NCBI GenBank assembly: GCA_951406725.2
Contig: OX597819.1
Coordinates: 14,570,001-14,634,000, forward strand
Direction of reading: 5' to 3'
Length of the DNA stretch: 64,000 nucleotides
From: Octopus vulgaris
Taxonomy: Eukaryota
The notes below the pieces were generated by a model. That model had not been told where the DNA came from and ran no database searches. It saw nothing but the letters and a program-made list of their open reading frames with translations. Positions 12,122 to 27,282 of the stretch are shown here, one piece after another. Numbering within the stretch: the stretch's first letter is position 1; the number at the start of each line of letters is the position of its first letter. The position numbers and the translations under genes were made by a program.

Positions 12122-12200
12122 TTGAAGAGATGCCGGCGTGGGTTTCCGACCCGCAACCTGAAACTCGGAGTTTTATCTTAGCTACCGAATAACTGTCACA
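12122..12200 (+). mobile_element. Inverted copy of the hammerhead-bearing segment at 11635-11713
   Basis: ttgaagagatgccggcgtggg...gaaactcggagttttatc...aataactgtcaca. The helix I 5' strand is lost. Confidence 0.65.
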
Positions 12201-12222
12201 TTTTATATTATATATATAGGCG

Positions 12223-12666
12223 GGCGTAGGAGTGGCTGTATGGTAAGTAGCTTGATTACGAACCACATGGTTCTGGGTTTAATCCTACTGCGTGGTACCT
12301 TGGGCAAGCGTCTTCTACTATAGCCTCGGGCTGACCAAAGCCTTGTGAAAGGATTTGGTAGATGGAAACTGAAAGAAGCCCGGTGTATATATGTATGTAT
12401 ATACATATATATGTTTGTGTGTGTGTGTGTGTGTGTGAGTGTGTGTGTGTGTATGTTTCTGTGTTTGTGTTTATCCCTCCAACATCGCTTGACAACCGAT
12501 ACTAGTGTGTTTACGTCCCCGTCACTTAGCGGTTCGGCAAAAGAGATCAATAGAATAAGTACTAGGCTTACAAAGAATAAATCCTGGGGTCGATTTGTTC
12601 GACTAAAGGTGGTGCTCCAGCATGGCCACAGTCAAATGACTGAAACAAGTAAAAGAATAAAAGAAT
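12223..12666 (+). mobile_element. SINE family A, full length
   Basis: Head ggcgtaggagtggctgtatggtaag, CORE-like domain, internal microsatellite, tail. Confidence 0.9.
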
Positions 12667-12954
12667 ACTAGCAGTATTGCCCGGCTCGTGCGCTCGTGCG
12701 TCCTATGCGCATTGAGAGATGTGATGATGGTGGGGGAGAGATCAGGAGATGGATCCTAAATGACGCTCGGCTATTATCAACCTTGGTCTCGGCCTACAGC
12801 CGGTTCCTTTTTCCCGACCTTTCCACCTGATATACAAAAGCGACCAAGTGGATTATAAACTATTTATTGGCAGGTCGAGTATAAGAGCCGTTCGGGTGTG
12901 TATTTGCGTGTGTGCATTTGTGTGTGCGTGTGCGTGTGTGTCTTTGCTTCCCAC

Positions 12955-13070
12955 TTACATGATTCTGGGTTCAGTCCCACTGTATAGCACTTTGGGCAAG
13001 TGTATTCTACTACAGTAACGGGCCAAAGCTTCGTAAATAGATTTGGTTGATGGAAACTGAAAGAAGCCCG

Positions 13071-13072
<2 letters not shown>
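12955..13072 (+). mobile_element. SINE family A 5' half, running into a long (TA)n
   Basis: gggttcagtcccactg...ggaaactgaaagaagcccgt. Confidence 0.75.
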
Positions 13073-13142
<70 letters not shown>

Positions 13143-13143
13143 T

Positions 13144-13249
<106 letters not shown>

Positions 13250-13421
13250 ATGATTTTTGGTAAGCAGCGGCGATTTTTCCAACTCTGTAAATAATAATAA
13301 TAGTATTTTATAAACTTAAAGCTGATGAGCGATGACCGTGCAGTGACTAAAGAAAATAGTTTAATAATGGGGCATGTAAGCTCTTGATAGAAAAACCGTC
13401 TCTGTTTATTACCTCGTGTTC

Positions 13422-13457
13422 CTTTCTGCTGAAGAGCGTAGGCTCGAAACGTAAAAG
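13422..13457 (+). ncRNA. Variant minimal hammerhead (CUGCUGA core) in a Penelope-type 3' end
   Basis: CTTT CTGCTGA a GAG cgtagg CTC GAAA cg TA AAAG. Downstream sequence is homologous to 19711-19810 and ends in (TA)n at ~13546. Confidence 0.6.
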
Positions 13458-13543
13458 ATTTTCTCACTTCCCGAGCGTTAAACTAATACACTTATTTGTT
13501 GTTTATTCACCTGTCTTCGTTTTTTGTTTTCTGTAAATTTCAA

Positions 13544-13583
<40 letters not shown>

Positions 13584-14164
13584 TCCCCTAAGTTCAAATA
13601 CTGCCAAAGCTGCAATCTTTCCTTCGGTGGTCGACAAAACTTAAAAACCAGTTATGTACTGGCGTTGATTTAATATTCCTATTAAGCACCCAATATATGA
13701 ATGGAATTGTATTAGATGATAAAACTAAGCAATCCGAGAAAGATTAAACTAAAACTCGACTTGAAGAAACTTGGACTAAAAGAGACGCAGCTCGTATGAC
13801 TGCGGCTGGAAACCTAGAAACGGCCTCTTCAGACCGCGATGTGGTTTTTCTTTTATTATGGTAGACCAGGAGTTGATCCTCAAATAAGATTACCCTCACC
13901 ACCCTAGGCCGCTGATCGTTCATACAGATTGGTACCTCTTGAGATAAAGAAGCTAATAGCACAAGGTACTTTCTCCAATTCCATCATAATTCCATCTCTC
14001 TGATATGGTACTTTATTTCCTCGGCCCCGGAGAGATGAAAAATAAAGTTGGCCTCTGTGGGATTTGAACCCAGAATGTGTAGAACAACAATAAAGAGCCA
14101 AAGGAATTCTGTCAGACAGTCTAATGATCCAATAGATACCACGGCTCTGGCCCTTTATGGGTAA

Positions 14165-14676
14165 CTAGCAGTATCGCCCGACGTTGCTCGGGTTTGTAAG
14201 GGAAATAACTATATAAGCATTTTTAGAGAGTTACTTCCCTTATAGATGCCAATTCGGGCTTTCTTAGCCATTTCTGTTTTGGTGTCTTCAAGCCATGAAG
14301 TCGTTGTTCTAAAAGAACGCTGGTCTCCTTGACAACGCTTTACAACGTTGATTTCCTTACACTCCCTTCCCCACAGCTTCACGAGGGAGGGAAGAAGGGG
14401 GAGAGCAAACAGGTGCAGGTGTGACCATGGACGCCAACTCCGCCGCCATCGACATACGATGCATTTTATGCATTAAAATGGAATAAAAAATGATGTTAAA
14501 TTATTTTTAAAATCGTACTCATCGTAGACGCGCGCTAATACTCAGACGGGCTCGATATGAATCACGACTATAAGATACCCGAATTTGGTTAAACTGCACC
14601 GCAAAATGTGGGAGTAGTTAGGAATCTAAATCGAAGGGGACAGACACTCACACAACTACAGTTTTATATATATAGA
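14165..14676 (-). mobile_element. Non-autonomous Helitron (~510 bp)
   Basis: Minus strand reads A|TCTATATATATAAAAC...cccgagcaacgtcgggcgatactgCTAG|T: 5' TC, 3' hairpin plus CTAG, inserted at AT. Second copy at ~26060-26564. Confidence 0.85.
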
Positions 14677-15339
14677 TTAAAAACCAGATCCAATAGATAC
14701 CACGGCTTTGTTATAAAATAGGATTTAAGAAGCAAAAGTTTAGATTTTACGTCAGCGAAAATATTTTTTGTTGCAGATCGTAAATTTTGGCTGAGTTCTA
14801 AATCTTGGGCGACGAGAATCCTGACATTTTGGGTTGCTTTTTTTTTTCTCTTTTTGAGGGATTTCCGTCTTCTACGAAAGTTCTATTGCATTAAATAAGA
14901 TGCTGGGGTATAGGATGATGATGAAAGGACTAGAATTGCTTCAATTGGGAACCAAAACTATCGATACTTTTACACCACAGAAATGGTTACACGAAAAATA
15001 AAATTAATCAATTAAAAGAAAATAATTATGAACACTTAGAACCAAGTAGAAAGATAAATTTTATTCAACGCGTGGAATAAAGGATAAATCCTTTTTCTTT
15101 TTTTTAAGCAGAAAATTTTGTCAGCAGCCAGCCATGACCATCATTGGAAGAACTCTGTTTGTTCAAGAGTGACTCCTTAATAACGAGTAACATTTCTTCA
15201 CTCAGACATTTCACTCCAGGTTATTGTCGCCATCAAAAGAACACTAAACAGGCTTCACCAGTTAGCTAGGGACTTACTTTTATATGAATAATAAATAATT
15301 CATTCTATGTGGGGTAGATAGATAGGTAGGTAGGAAGAG

Positions 15340-15381
<42 letters not shown>

Positions 15382-15821
15382 AGAGAGATGGAGAGAAAGA
15401 GAGAGAAAAGGTGATTAACAGACTAAGAGAGCAGAGATACAATACATGGATTAATATATGCTTATGTTTGCATTTATGAAAACTATACAAACATAACTTC
15501 ATATTGCCGAGACGAACAAGTAGCTACGGCTTTAATTTCATTGTCTTTAATCCTGTCTCATCCACCTGTCTTTTCTCACACGTTGTTTAAACAAAACCAT
15601 GTACCTCACCTGCGGCAGGTACTGCCAGCTCTAATGGCTTCGATGAGCGTTTGTCGGAGCTAACGAGAAGCATATCGATCTTCTAACTTAAAATTCGTGC
15701 GATCAAACGAGGCCGGATTCCACAAATACATACACATGTGCATATTTGTGTTAGTGTGTGTAGGGGTAGTGCGACTGTATCTATGGAAGTGTACATATAT
15801 ATGTGTGTGTGCGTGTGTGTG

Positions 15822-15914
<93 letters not shown>

Positions 15915-16245
15915 ATACATTGTGGTTAAGCAGCCAAATGCCCATGGAACATGCAATGCAGGGCTCCAACCATCCACAAGGCTGAAACGTGCGTAGGAAC
16001 TATAATATAAGTTTGTGTTTACCGTAATTTCTCATACACACACACATACATTCATGTGTACACACACATTTATAAAGGAGCAAATAAAAATTCACATTGG
16101 TCTATAAAGGAATACCAAAAAGGAATTTTGTATTTCAGAAAGAAGCATTTCCTGAAGAGAAAGATAACGCGTGTTTCTTTTTTCCAAATGAAGAAGGTAA
16201 GTTGGGGGTCAGGTCACAATGACATTTATAATTCTGTGTAAGTAA

Positions 16246-16309
<64 letters not shown>

Positions 16310-16533
16310 GTTTGGTTTGCTAAGAGAACAAATGGAACTTAAAGCATGTGTCTATATCATTGTAATTGATGCGAGTTGCAAAGATACTCAGTGGCCGAGA
16401 GTTTTGCGCATGACATTTATCAGACTATCAAAACTTGGTAAGTGCCATGTGCCAAACTTTAGGGCTTCGAGTCACTCTGTGACTTCTGTAGATTAAACGA
16501 ATATACATATATATATTTATGAATATGTGTACA

Positions 16534-16682
16534 GGTACAGGAGTGGTTGTGTGGTAAGAAGCTTGCTTTCCAACCACATGGTTCCGGGTTCAGTTCCACT
16601 GCGGGGCACATTGGGCAAGTGTCTTCTACTATAACCTCGGGACGACCAGAACCTTGTGAGTGGATTTGAAAGAAGCCCGTCG

Positions 16683-16754
<72 letters not shown>

Positions 16755-16948
16755 TGTATGTATTTGTGTGTCTGTGTTTGTCCCCCAACATCGCTTGACA
16801 ACCGATGTTGGTGTGTTTACGTCCTCATAACTTAGCGGTTCGGCAAAAGAGATCGATAGAATAAGTACTAGGCTTACAAAGAATAAGTCCTGGGGTCGAT
16901 TTGTTCGACTAAAGGCGGTGCTCCAGCATGGCCGCAGTCAAATGACTG
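16534..16948 (+). mobile_element. SINE family A
   Basis: Family consensus with an expanded internal (TA)(TATG) tract. Confidence 0.9.
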
Positions 16949-16979
16949 TAATATATATATATGTATATATATATACATC

Positions 16980-17910
16980 TGTACAGTAGAACCCCCTGTA
17001 CTGATAGGAACTGTATTGGACGTAGATTTAGTCCACAAACACACTGTAAAGCTAGTAATGTAGTCTATAGTATAAGATGTACAGAGGGACGGTGCATTAA
17101 CAAGACAACGACGTACGCAGGGGAGACAGCGCGGAGCATAGGAGAGCGGGTAAAATGGGCATTGGAGGGAACTTAATGAAGAGAAGAGCTCATTGGTTCT
17201 GTACCAGCACGCCGAGCAGGAATACAAGGGCTCACTCAACAATATAGAAGCTAAAATCTTGTCCACACATAGAACAGACGCAACGCTTAGACAAATTACG
17301 GAAGCTATACACATAACAGGCGATAAACCTAGCCTGAATAGGAAACTGGAATGGAACACTAGCACGCCCCCCAACACACCACAACCTACGACAGAATAAG
17401 ATCCTCATAAACTGATAATAATACGAATATAATACAATACACAGATAAATAAATGGAATTAAATAGCTATATACATTAACAAAATAAATTAAATTAAATT
17501 AAATACAAAAGAAATAGGAAGAAAAGAAAAAGTAGATATAAACAAATGAATAAAATAAGGTAAATTAAACGAACGTGTATAAACTGAGGATACTGATAAT
17601 GCAAGCAGATCCCCCCCATACACACACACACACGTACTAATCATAGACACACACACAGGGATATACCCATGTGCAAATAAAGACACATATAATAGGAATA
17701 CAAAATGGCAGATCATTAGTAAGGCGAGACACACAAAAAAGAAAGAAGAAAGCAAAGGACCGCTGATGAGGTCACAGATGTGTGACGAATGAACTCTGGC
17801 GAAATACAATGAATATAAAATAAAGCTGAAACAAGTGAACACCCAATATATAGTGCGTGTGTTTTTATTGGCTAAACTGGCAACATGACCGTCCCTAAAT
17901 ACAACAATAA
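16980..17910 (+). pseudogene. Penelope-like element 3' end: frameshifted GIY-YIG endonuclease and 3' region
   Basis: 'CKASNVVYSIRCTEGRCINKTTTYAGETARSIGER' and 'LRQITEAIHITGDKPSLNRKLEW'. Degenerate hammerhead ccg-CTGATGA-g-gtcaca-gatg-tgtgac-gaat at 17759-17799. TA-flanked. Confidence 0.75.
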
Positions 17911-17933
17911 ATATATGTGTGTGTGTGTATGTA

Positions 17934-17964
<31 letters not shown>

Positions 17965-18025
17965 AAGTATGTATGTATGTATAATAAGTAATATATAATA
18001 TATATATACATATATGTATATATAC

Positions 18026-19957
<1,932 letters not shown>

Positions 19958-19962
19958 TGTAT

Positions 19963-20115
19963 GTATTTCTTTACTACCCACAAGGGGCTAAACATAGAGT
20001 GGACAAACAAGGACAGACAAAGGGATTAAGTCGATTACATCGACCCCAGTGCGAATCTGGTATTTATTTAATCGACCCCGAAAGGATGAAAGGCAAAGTC
20101 GACCTCGGCGGAATT
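19963..20115 (-). mobile_element. SINE family B, 5' truncated
   Basis: tatttctttactacccacaagggg...aaggcaaagtcgacctcggcggaatt. Confidence 0.85.
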
Positions 20116-20827
20116 GGTCGACCTCGGCACCTCGGCGGAATTTGTCGACCTCGATATATATGGGTACAGGACGTCACCAACTAGGGGTATGTTTAAGTGC
20201 TTGTACTGGCATGAAGATGTGAAAGCAGGGCAGATAGACAAATGACTGGTGAATACATAACGCTACAACCTTGTGTGTGTGTGTGTGAGTGTGTATGTGT
20301 GTGTGTTTTGTCCACCTGTTATATTTGGTCATGCACCAGTGGGCACACTCACCACCTGTCATCCCTAACAACTCCGTACGGCAACCTCATGTACTTCAAG
20401 GCCTGCTACAAGTACAGTGCTAGCGATGCTGCTATTGTTGTCTGGATTTGGGTCAGTACTGACGGAACACACCGACGATCAAACATGTTCCTGCCACGAC
20501 CAACCACCCTGTGTTCATTGTACTTTTAGTTTATATTTAGACTCAGTGCGCCTCATCATCTGCGTATTATCATATGCGCGAGATTTACCAGACTGCTATT
20601 TCTAGCAGGAAGACGGAGCACCTAGAAGCCCGCTTCTCCCATATATAATATGGGCATGTTGTGTCCATGGTGGTGGTGGTGGTGATAGTGGTGATGGTGA
20701 TGTGTGTGTGGGGGTGATGATAAATGGGGGGGGGAGCGGAGATTCTGGAGTGTGTGGTGGGGTTGAGGTGATGGTTATAATAAAAATGATTATTAATTGT
20801 TGCTGAGCAGGCGTGAAGGAAGAGAAG

Positions 20828-20863
20828 TTGTAGTGGTAGTAGCAGCAGTAGCAGCAGCAGCAC

Positions 20864-20899
<36 letters not shown>

Positions 20900-20910
20900 C
20901 AGCAGCAGTG

Positions 20911-20947
<37 letters not shown>

Positions 20948-20982
20948 CAGCAGCAGCAGCAGCAGTTGTAGTAATAGTAGTT

Positions 20983-21046
<64 letters not shown>

Positions 21047-21085
21047 CAGCAGTAGTGGTGGTGGTGGTGGTGGTGGTGGTGATGG
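20828..21085. repeat. (TAG)n/(CAG)n/(TGG)n trinucleotide tract
   Basis: Direct inspection. Confidence 0.95.
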
Positions 21086-21898
21086 TATTTCGCTATTGCC
21101 TTAGTTGTGCATGTGATTGTTTTTAAGGTTTCGAGCAGTCCTATGATCATAAACATTCCAGCCATGCCAAACCCGCCTTTTGTGCCACGTTATCCAACTT
21201 GTGCTTCCCGTATTTGTAAGACGGATGCTAAGAATCGAATGAAAGAAAATTTGGCTGCTCTTTCTGGCGCTTCGAGGTTCAATCTTTGAGGCAAATATTG
21301 ACACTGAGGGAGAATCAGAGAGAGACAGACAGAAAGGGGAAGAGAGACAGAGAGAGACAGGAAGGGGGGCGATTTAGCCGGAAGTGGTGGTGTGAGAGGC
21401 GAACAGAGTTAGATGTATAACAGTGGCAGGAGGAAGGGTAATGAAGGAATAGGAGAGAAGTAGGAGGAAAGAATTGGGAGAGAGGGAGGCAAAAAAAAAA
21501 GGTAAAAAGAGAAGGATACAACCTTCAGAAAACCACGGAGCTTGGTTCCTTTATAAAACGACTGAATGAGCTGTTACGTTTCGGTCCTTTATATTTTGAG
21601 CAGAAAAGTCCCGATTAACTGAGATTAACTGTGGATTAGTAGACAAATAATCCATCTACAGCTGCTTAAAAACAACTGCCAAGGGAAATAACTCCAATAT
21701 GATCAATTAACTAAATTGTTTTGAAATACATGGTCGGAAAGTATTTAATCTTTAGAAGTAAACTGATGATGAAAGTAACATATGTTTCGGTGTTATTTGT
21801 CCTCATCAGTAAATCATATTTTACTGTACTGGCAAGATTTAGTATATACATACATACATACGTACGTACGTACATAATTACATACATACATACATACA

Positions 21899-22552
21899 CT
21901 ATGGCTGCCCCCTCGTTATCGAGTATGTCCATTGCACGAAGCTTAATTGTTACTGGTGCTGTGATCGAATGTGACTTTTTAGCCCAGCTAAAGATCTACA
22001 ATGTCTTGTACAAAATTGGCAACTAAAACCTTTACTTATAATAGCCGGCTGTAGTTGTAACTGGGCTTCATGTACCTTTGCATGTCGTTTAAGTCCTTCT
22101 GCTTAATTACACTCTCTTCCACATGCCCGACAGATATGATTAGTATGGTGTGTTACACTACCACCAGTGGCCAGGTTGTCACTCATCTGTCTCGTTTTAT
22201 CACTACAGAGATGACTTATGAGTCCAGCTTTACCGAGGCAGGGTCTTGCACAGACACTGCATGTCAGAATCAAAGGAAGACCCTTCCCTTCTGGAAGTGT
22301 AACAGTGATGCCCTTCCTGACATCCCTCCTTACTTTCTCATGTGCGACTCGAGATTTCTCAAAAGTGGCTGTCCCCTCATGCACAATCCTTCTCTACCTG
22401 CTACCATCAATAGCTATGCATTCCCATGTGTCAGGAGAGATGCAAGCATCTCTTAAGGAAGCCTTCAGCAAGTCCTTATACCTCTTTTTTGATTTTTGTG
22501 GAGGTTCTCCTTTAGCTAACTCTCCATAAAAGAGTTGTTTTGGCATCCTTGA
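21899..22552 (-). pseudogene. RTE-clade LINE 3' end with C-terminal C2H2 zinc fingers
   Basis: 'RMPKQLFYGELAKGEPPQKSKKRYKDLLKASL...WECIAID', 'CSVCARPCLGKAGLISHL', 'HICRACGREC'. Flanked by (CATA)n. Confidence 0.85.
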
Positions 22553-22573
22553 ATGCATACATACATACATACA

Positions 22574-22605
<32 letters not shown>

Positions 22606-22606
22606 C

Positions 22607-22669
<63 letters not shown>

Positions 22670-22672
<3 letters not shown>

Positions 22673-22860
22673 TTCGTTGTTCAAAAAAAGTTCGTTTCTG
22701 TTTCCGTTTTTATGTTTTCGTTTCTCCTTGTGTTCAATGGGTTTTTTTATGTTCTGAACCCATATATGCATGTCTATATACATATATATGTAGGTATGTA
22801 CATATATGTATGTATATATGCATATATTTATATACTATTTATATTATATATATATATATA
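22670..22860. mobile_element. TA-associated repeat family E fragment (caggacacc...aacaacga family)
   Basis: Homologous to 25930-26028 plus 26613-26706, 42765-43000, 52887-53105 and 53270-53430. Confidence 0.6.
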
Positions 22861-22865
22861 ATTTA

Positions 22866-23265
22866 GGTGCAGGAGTGGCTGTGTGGTAAGTAACTTGCTA
22901 ACTAACCACATGGTTCCGGGTTCAGTCCCACTACGTGGCATATTGGGCAAGTGCCTTCTACTATAGCCTCGGGCCGACCAAAGCCTTGTGAGTGGATTTG
23001 GTAGATGGAAACTGAAAGAAGCTTGTATATATATATATGTATGTGTGTGTATATGTTTGTGTGTCTGTGTTTGTCCTTCTAGCATTGCTTGACAACCGAT
23101 GGTGGTGTGTTTACGCCCCCGTCACTTAGCGGTTCGGCAAAAGAGACCGATAGAATAAGTACTGGGCTTACAAAGAATAAGTTCGGGGGTCGATTTGCTC
23201 GACTAAAGGCGGTGCTCCAGCATGGCCGCAGTCAAAATGACTTAAACAAGTAAAAGAGTAAAGAG

Positions 23266-23266
<1 letters not shown>
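22866..23266 (+). mobile_element. SINE family A, full length
   Basis: Family consensus. Confidence 0.9.
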
Positions 23267-23310
<44 letters not shown>

Positions 23311-23761
23311 CATTGACATATACAGAGAGTGTTTGAGAGAGAGAGGGAAACAGACAGACAGAGAGAGGAGGGGGAGAGAGAAAGAGAGGGAGGGAGAGAA
23401 AGAGAGAGAAGAATAGCTGGTTTGTTGGGAGGTTGACTATGAATATCGGTGAGGGGGAAATAACCTCAGCTAAACGGTTTACATAATACATAGAAATACT
23501 GCACAACCTGACTATGTGACCCACGGCTATTACAGGTATCTGCTTCCCTAACGCTTCTCTGTATGTATTTTCCTGTGCAGGGCGCTGCTCTGAGCTACTA
23601 TCGCTGATGCTACAGGGCACTCGGAAAATTGTTGGTCTCCTTGTCTCGCTGCAGGTCTGTCGTAGATCGAGCTGACATTGGGTCAGTGACATTCCAGATA
23701 TGACCGTCCCGTTTTCGTGGTGATTAGGGTGATAGTGTGTGAGTAGCGTTGAACGGATGTT

Positions 23762-23764
23762 TGA

Positions 23765-23812
<48 letters not shown>

Positions 23813-23956
23813 AAATAGTAGTAGTAGTAGAAATAGTAGTAATGGAGTAGTAGTAGTAGTAATAGTAGTAGTATTAGTAGTAATACTAGCGATCGTGGTG
23901 GTAGATGTAACGGTGGTAGTTGTGGTGGTAACAGCAGCAGCAGCAGTAGTAGTGAT

Positions 23957-24018
<62 letters not shown>

Positions 24019-24099
24019 AAGAAGAAATAGTAGTAGTAGTACTAGTAGTAATAGTAGCGATTGTGGTGATAGATGTAACGGTGGTAGTTGTGGCGGTAA

Positions 24100-24162
<63 letters not shown>

Positions 24163-24182
24163 AAGTAGTAGTAGTAGTAGAA

Positions 24183-24215
<33 letters not shown>

Positions 24216-24243
24216 AAATAGTAGTATTAGTAGTAGTAGTAGT

Positions 24244-24306
<63 letters not shown>

Positions 24307-24315
24307 GGTGGTGGT
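23762..24315. repeat. (TAG)n-based compound tract with a duplicated ~70-bp unit
   Basis: The unit tagcgat(c/t)gtggt...agatgtaacggtggtagttgtgg recurs at ~23887 and ~24055. Confidence 0.9.
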
Positions 24316-24890
24316 CAAGGAGAAGGAGGAAGTGAAACAGGTGAAGGTGCAGGAGAAGTAGAAATTGTGGGAGGGCCAAACAGACAGTAAGAAAGGTGGC
24401 GGAGGGGAGGCGACGATTACGATGGCGGCGGGAAGAGGAGTTCCGCCCCCCCCCCCCATCCCCTCAACCAACCAGTGGGAAATTGTTGAGAAACAGGTGT
24501 AAACTGAAGAAAGTGTAGTGCTTTGTTGTGTTTGGTTGATTGGGAAGGACAAAAGGGAGGAGTAGAAGGGAGAGGAGGAGGAGGAGGAGGAGGAGGCGAG
24601 GGAAAAATATAACAAACACTAAATTAATAAATAAATAAATAAATAAAGCAAAACTGTTAAGAAATCAAAAGGCTGGCAGGTGGGGGGTGGGGGTGGCTGT
24701 GGTTGTGGTTTCTTATTTGTTCCTGTTCGGTTGTCTGCCTTTGTTCTTTGGGTTTTTTTTTATTTATTTTTTTATGGTTTTGTTTCTTTTTTTTTTTTTT
24801 CAGGTTCTCAAATCGTGTCAATTAAGAAACAACGGAAGAGATAAAAGACAGCCGTTTGCTATGCTTTTTTTTTTTTTTTCTTCTTTTTTT

Positions 24891-25553
<663 letters not shown>

Positions 25554-25581
25554 TATATACCTGTACATCTCTCTCTCTCTC

Positions 25582-25611
<30 letters not shown>

Positions 25612-25616
<5 letters not shown>

Positions 25617-25686
25617 ACAATTTAACAAATAAAACATATGCATACATACATATATGTACATACCTACATCTATATGTATATATACA

Positions 25687-25754
<68 letters not shown>

Positions 25755-26021
25755 TGTGTGTACAGGACACCACAAATAAACGTAGAACACAACGAGAAAC
25801 GAAAACATAAAAACAAACAAGGAAACGGACATTTTTTAACAACGAAAAAAAGGTACCTTCGAAACACGCATTGAGTCGAACCAGGGGCAGCTGATGAAGG
25901 GGAATATTCCTTGTATTGTTTGTCTTGTACTCGTTGTTAAAAAAAGTCCGTTTCCTTGTTTGTTTTTATGTTTTCGTTTCTCGTTGTGTTCTACGTTTAT
26001 TTGTGGTGTCCTGTACACACA

Positions 26022-26075
<54 letters not shown>

Positions 26076-26563
26076 TCTAGTTGTGTGAGTGTCTGTCCCC
26101 TTCGATTTAGATTCCTAACTCCTCCCACATTTTGCGGTGCAGTTTAACCAAATTCGGGTATCTTATAGTCGTGATTCATATCGAGCCCGTCTGACTATTA
26201 GCGCGCGTCAACGATGAGTCTACGATTTTAAAAATAATTTAACATCATTTTTTATTCCATTTTAATGCATAAAATGCATCGTGTGTCGATGGCGGCGGAG
26301 TTGGCGTCCACGCTCACAGCTGCACCTGTTTGCTTCTCCCCCTTCCCTCCCTCGTGAAGCTGTGGGGAAGGGAGTGTAAAGAAATCAACGTCGTAATGCG
26401 TTGTGAAGGAGACCAGCGTTCTTTTAGAACAACGACTTCATGGCTTGAAGACACCAAAACAAAAATGGCTAAGAAAGCCCGAATTTATAAGGGAAGTAAC
26501 TCTCTAAAAATGCTTATATAGTTATTTCCCTTACAAACCCGAGCAACGCCGGCGTTACTGCTA

Positions 26564-26616
<53 letters not shown>

Positions 26617-26706
26617 TGTATGAATTCATATAGATGTAGGTATGTACATATATGTATGTATGTATGCATATGTTTTATATGTTTTATTTGTTAAATTGTT
26701 ATTATA
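25612..26706. repeat. Nested fold-back of family E: outer arms 25612-25690/26613-26706, inner arms 25750-25845/25930-26028
   Basis: The arms are near-perfect reverse complements. A Helitron sits in the right-arm TA tract. Confidence 0.8.
26060..26564 (+). mobile_element. Non-autonomous Helitron (same family as 14165-14676)
   Basis: tatatataaaactctagttgtgtg...cccgagcaacgccggcgttactgCTAG|T. The 5' end merges with (TA)n. Confidence 0.85.
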
Positions 26707-26774
26707 TGACTGAGCGCCTCGCGTCGTTTCTTATCCCCCAAGTAAGTTTATATATATATATATATATATACACA

Positions 26775-26928
26775 CGACGGATTTCTTTCAGTTTCCGTCT
26801 GCCAAATCCATTCGAAAGGCCTTGGTCGGCCCGAGGCTATAGCAGAAGACACTTGCCAAAGATGCTATGAAGTGGGACTGAACCCAGAACGATGTGGTTG
26901 GGAAGTAAGCTTCTTACCACACAACCAC
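26775..26928 (-). mobile_element. SINE family A 5' half
   Basis: Reverse complement of the head and CORE-like domain. Confidence 0.8.
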
Positions 26929-27162
26929 AAACATTCAAGTGCTTACAATTACATGGTTCTTAGTTCAGTCCTGCAGTACGGTACCTTGAATAAACATCTA
27001 AATGTTTTCTGCCATAGCCCCAGTTTTGTAAGTGAAAATGGGTCCAGAAAAATGGAGGGATTCTGTACGATGGACGTTCATTCTTATTGAGGGACAGGCC
27101 ATTTTTTATTTATTTATTTATTTATATTCATATTCATTACCTTTGTGAGGGGGGGGGGTGAG

Positions 27163-27238
27163 TGGAGGCGCAATGGCTCATTGGTTAGGGCAGCGGACTC
27201 GCGGTCGTAGGATCGCAATTTCGATTCCCAAACCAGGC
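27163..27238 (+). mobile_element. SINE family C, tRNA-like head only
   Basis: tggaggcgcaatggctcattggttagggcagcggactcgcggtcgtaggatcgcaatttcgattccc. Confidence 0.75.
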
Positions 27239-27282
27239 TTATAAAATATAAACCACAGACTTGTGGATTTCTTTCAACCATT

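Noticed and set aside
13740-13860. Possible RTE C-terminal remnant ('LETASSDRDV')
   Set aside because: Similarity too short to support a call.
27163-27238. Possible tRNA genes (also 7806-7880 and the SINE A/B heads)
   Set aside because: These are SINE heads: no acceptor stem pairing, and they continue into repeat bodies.
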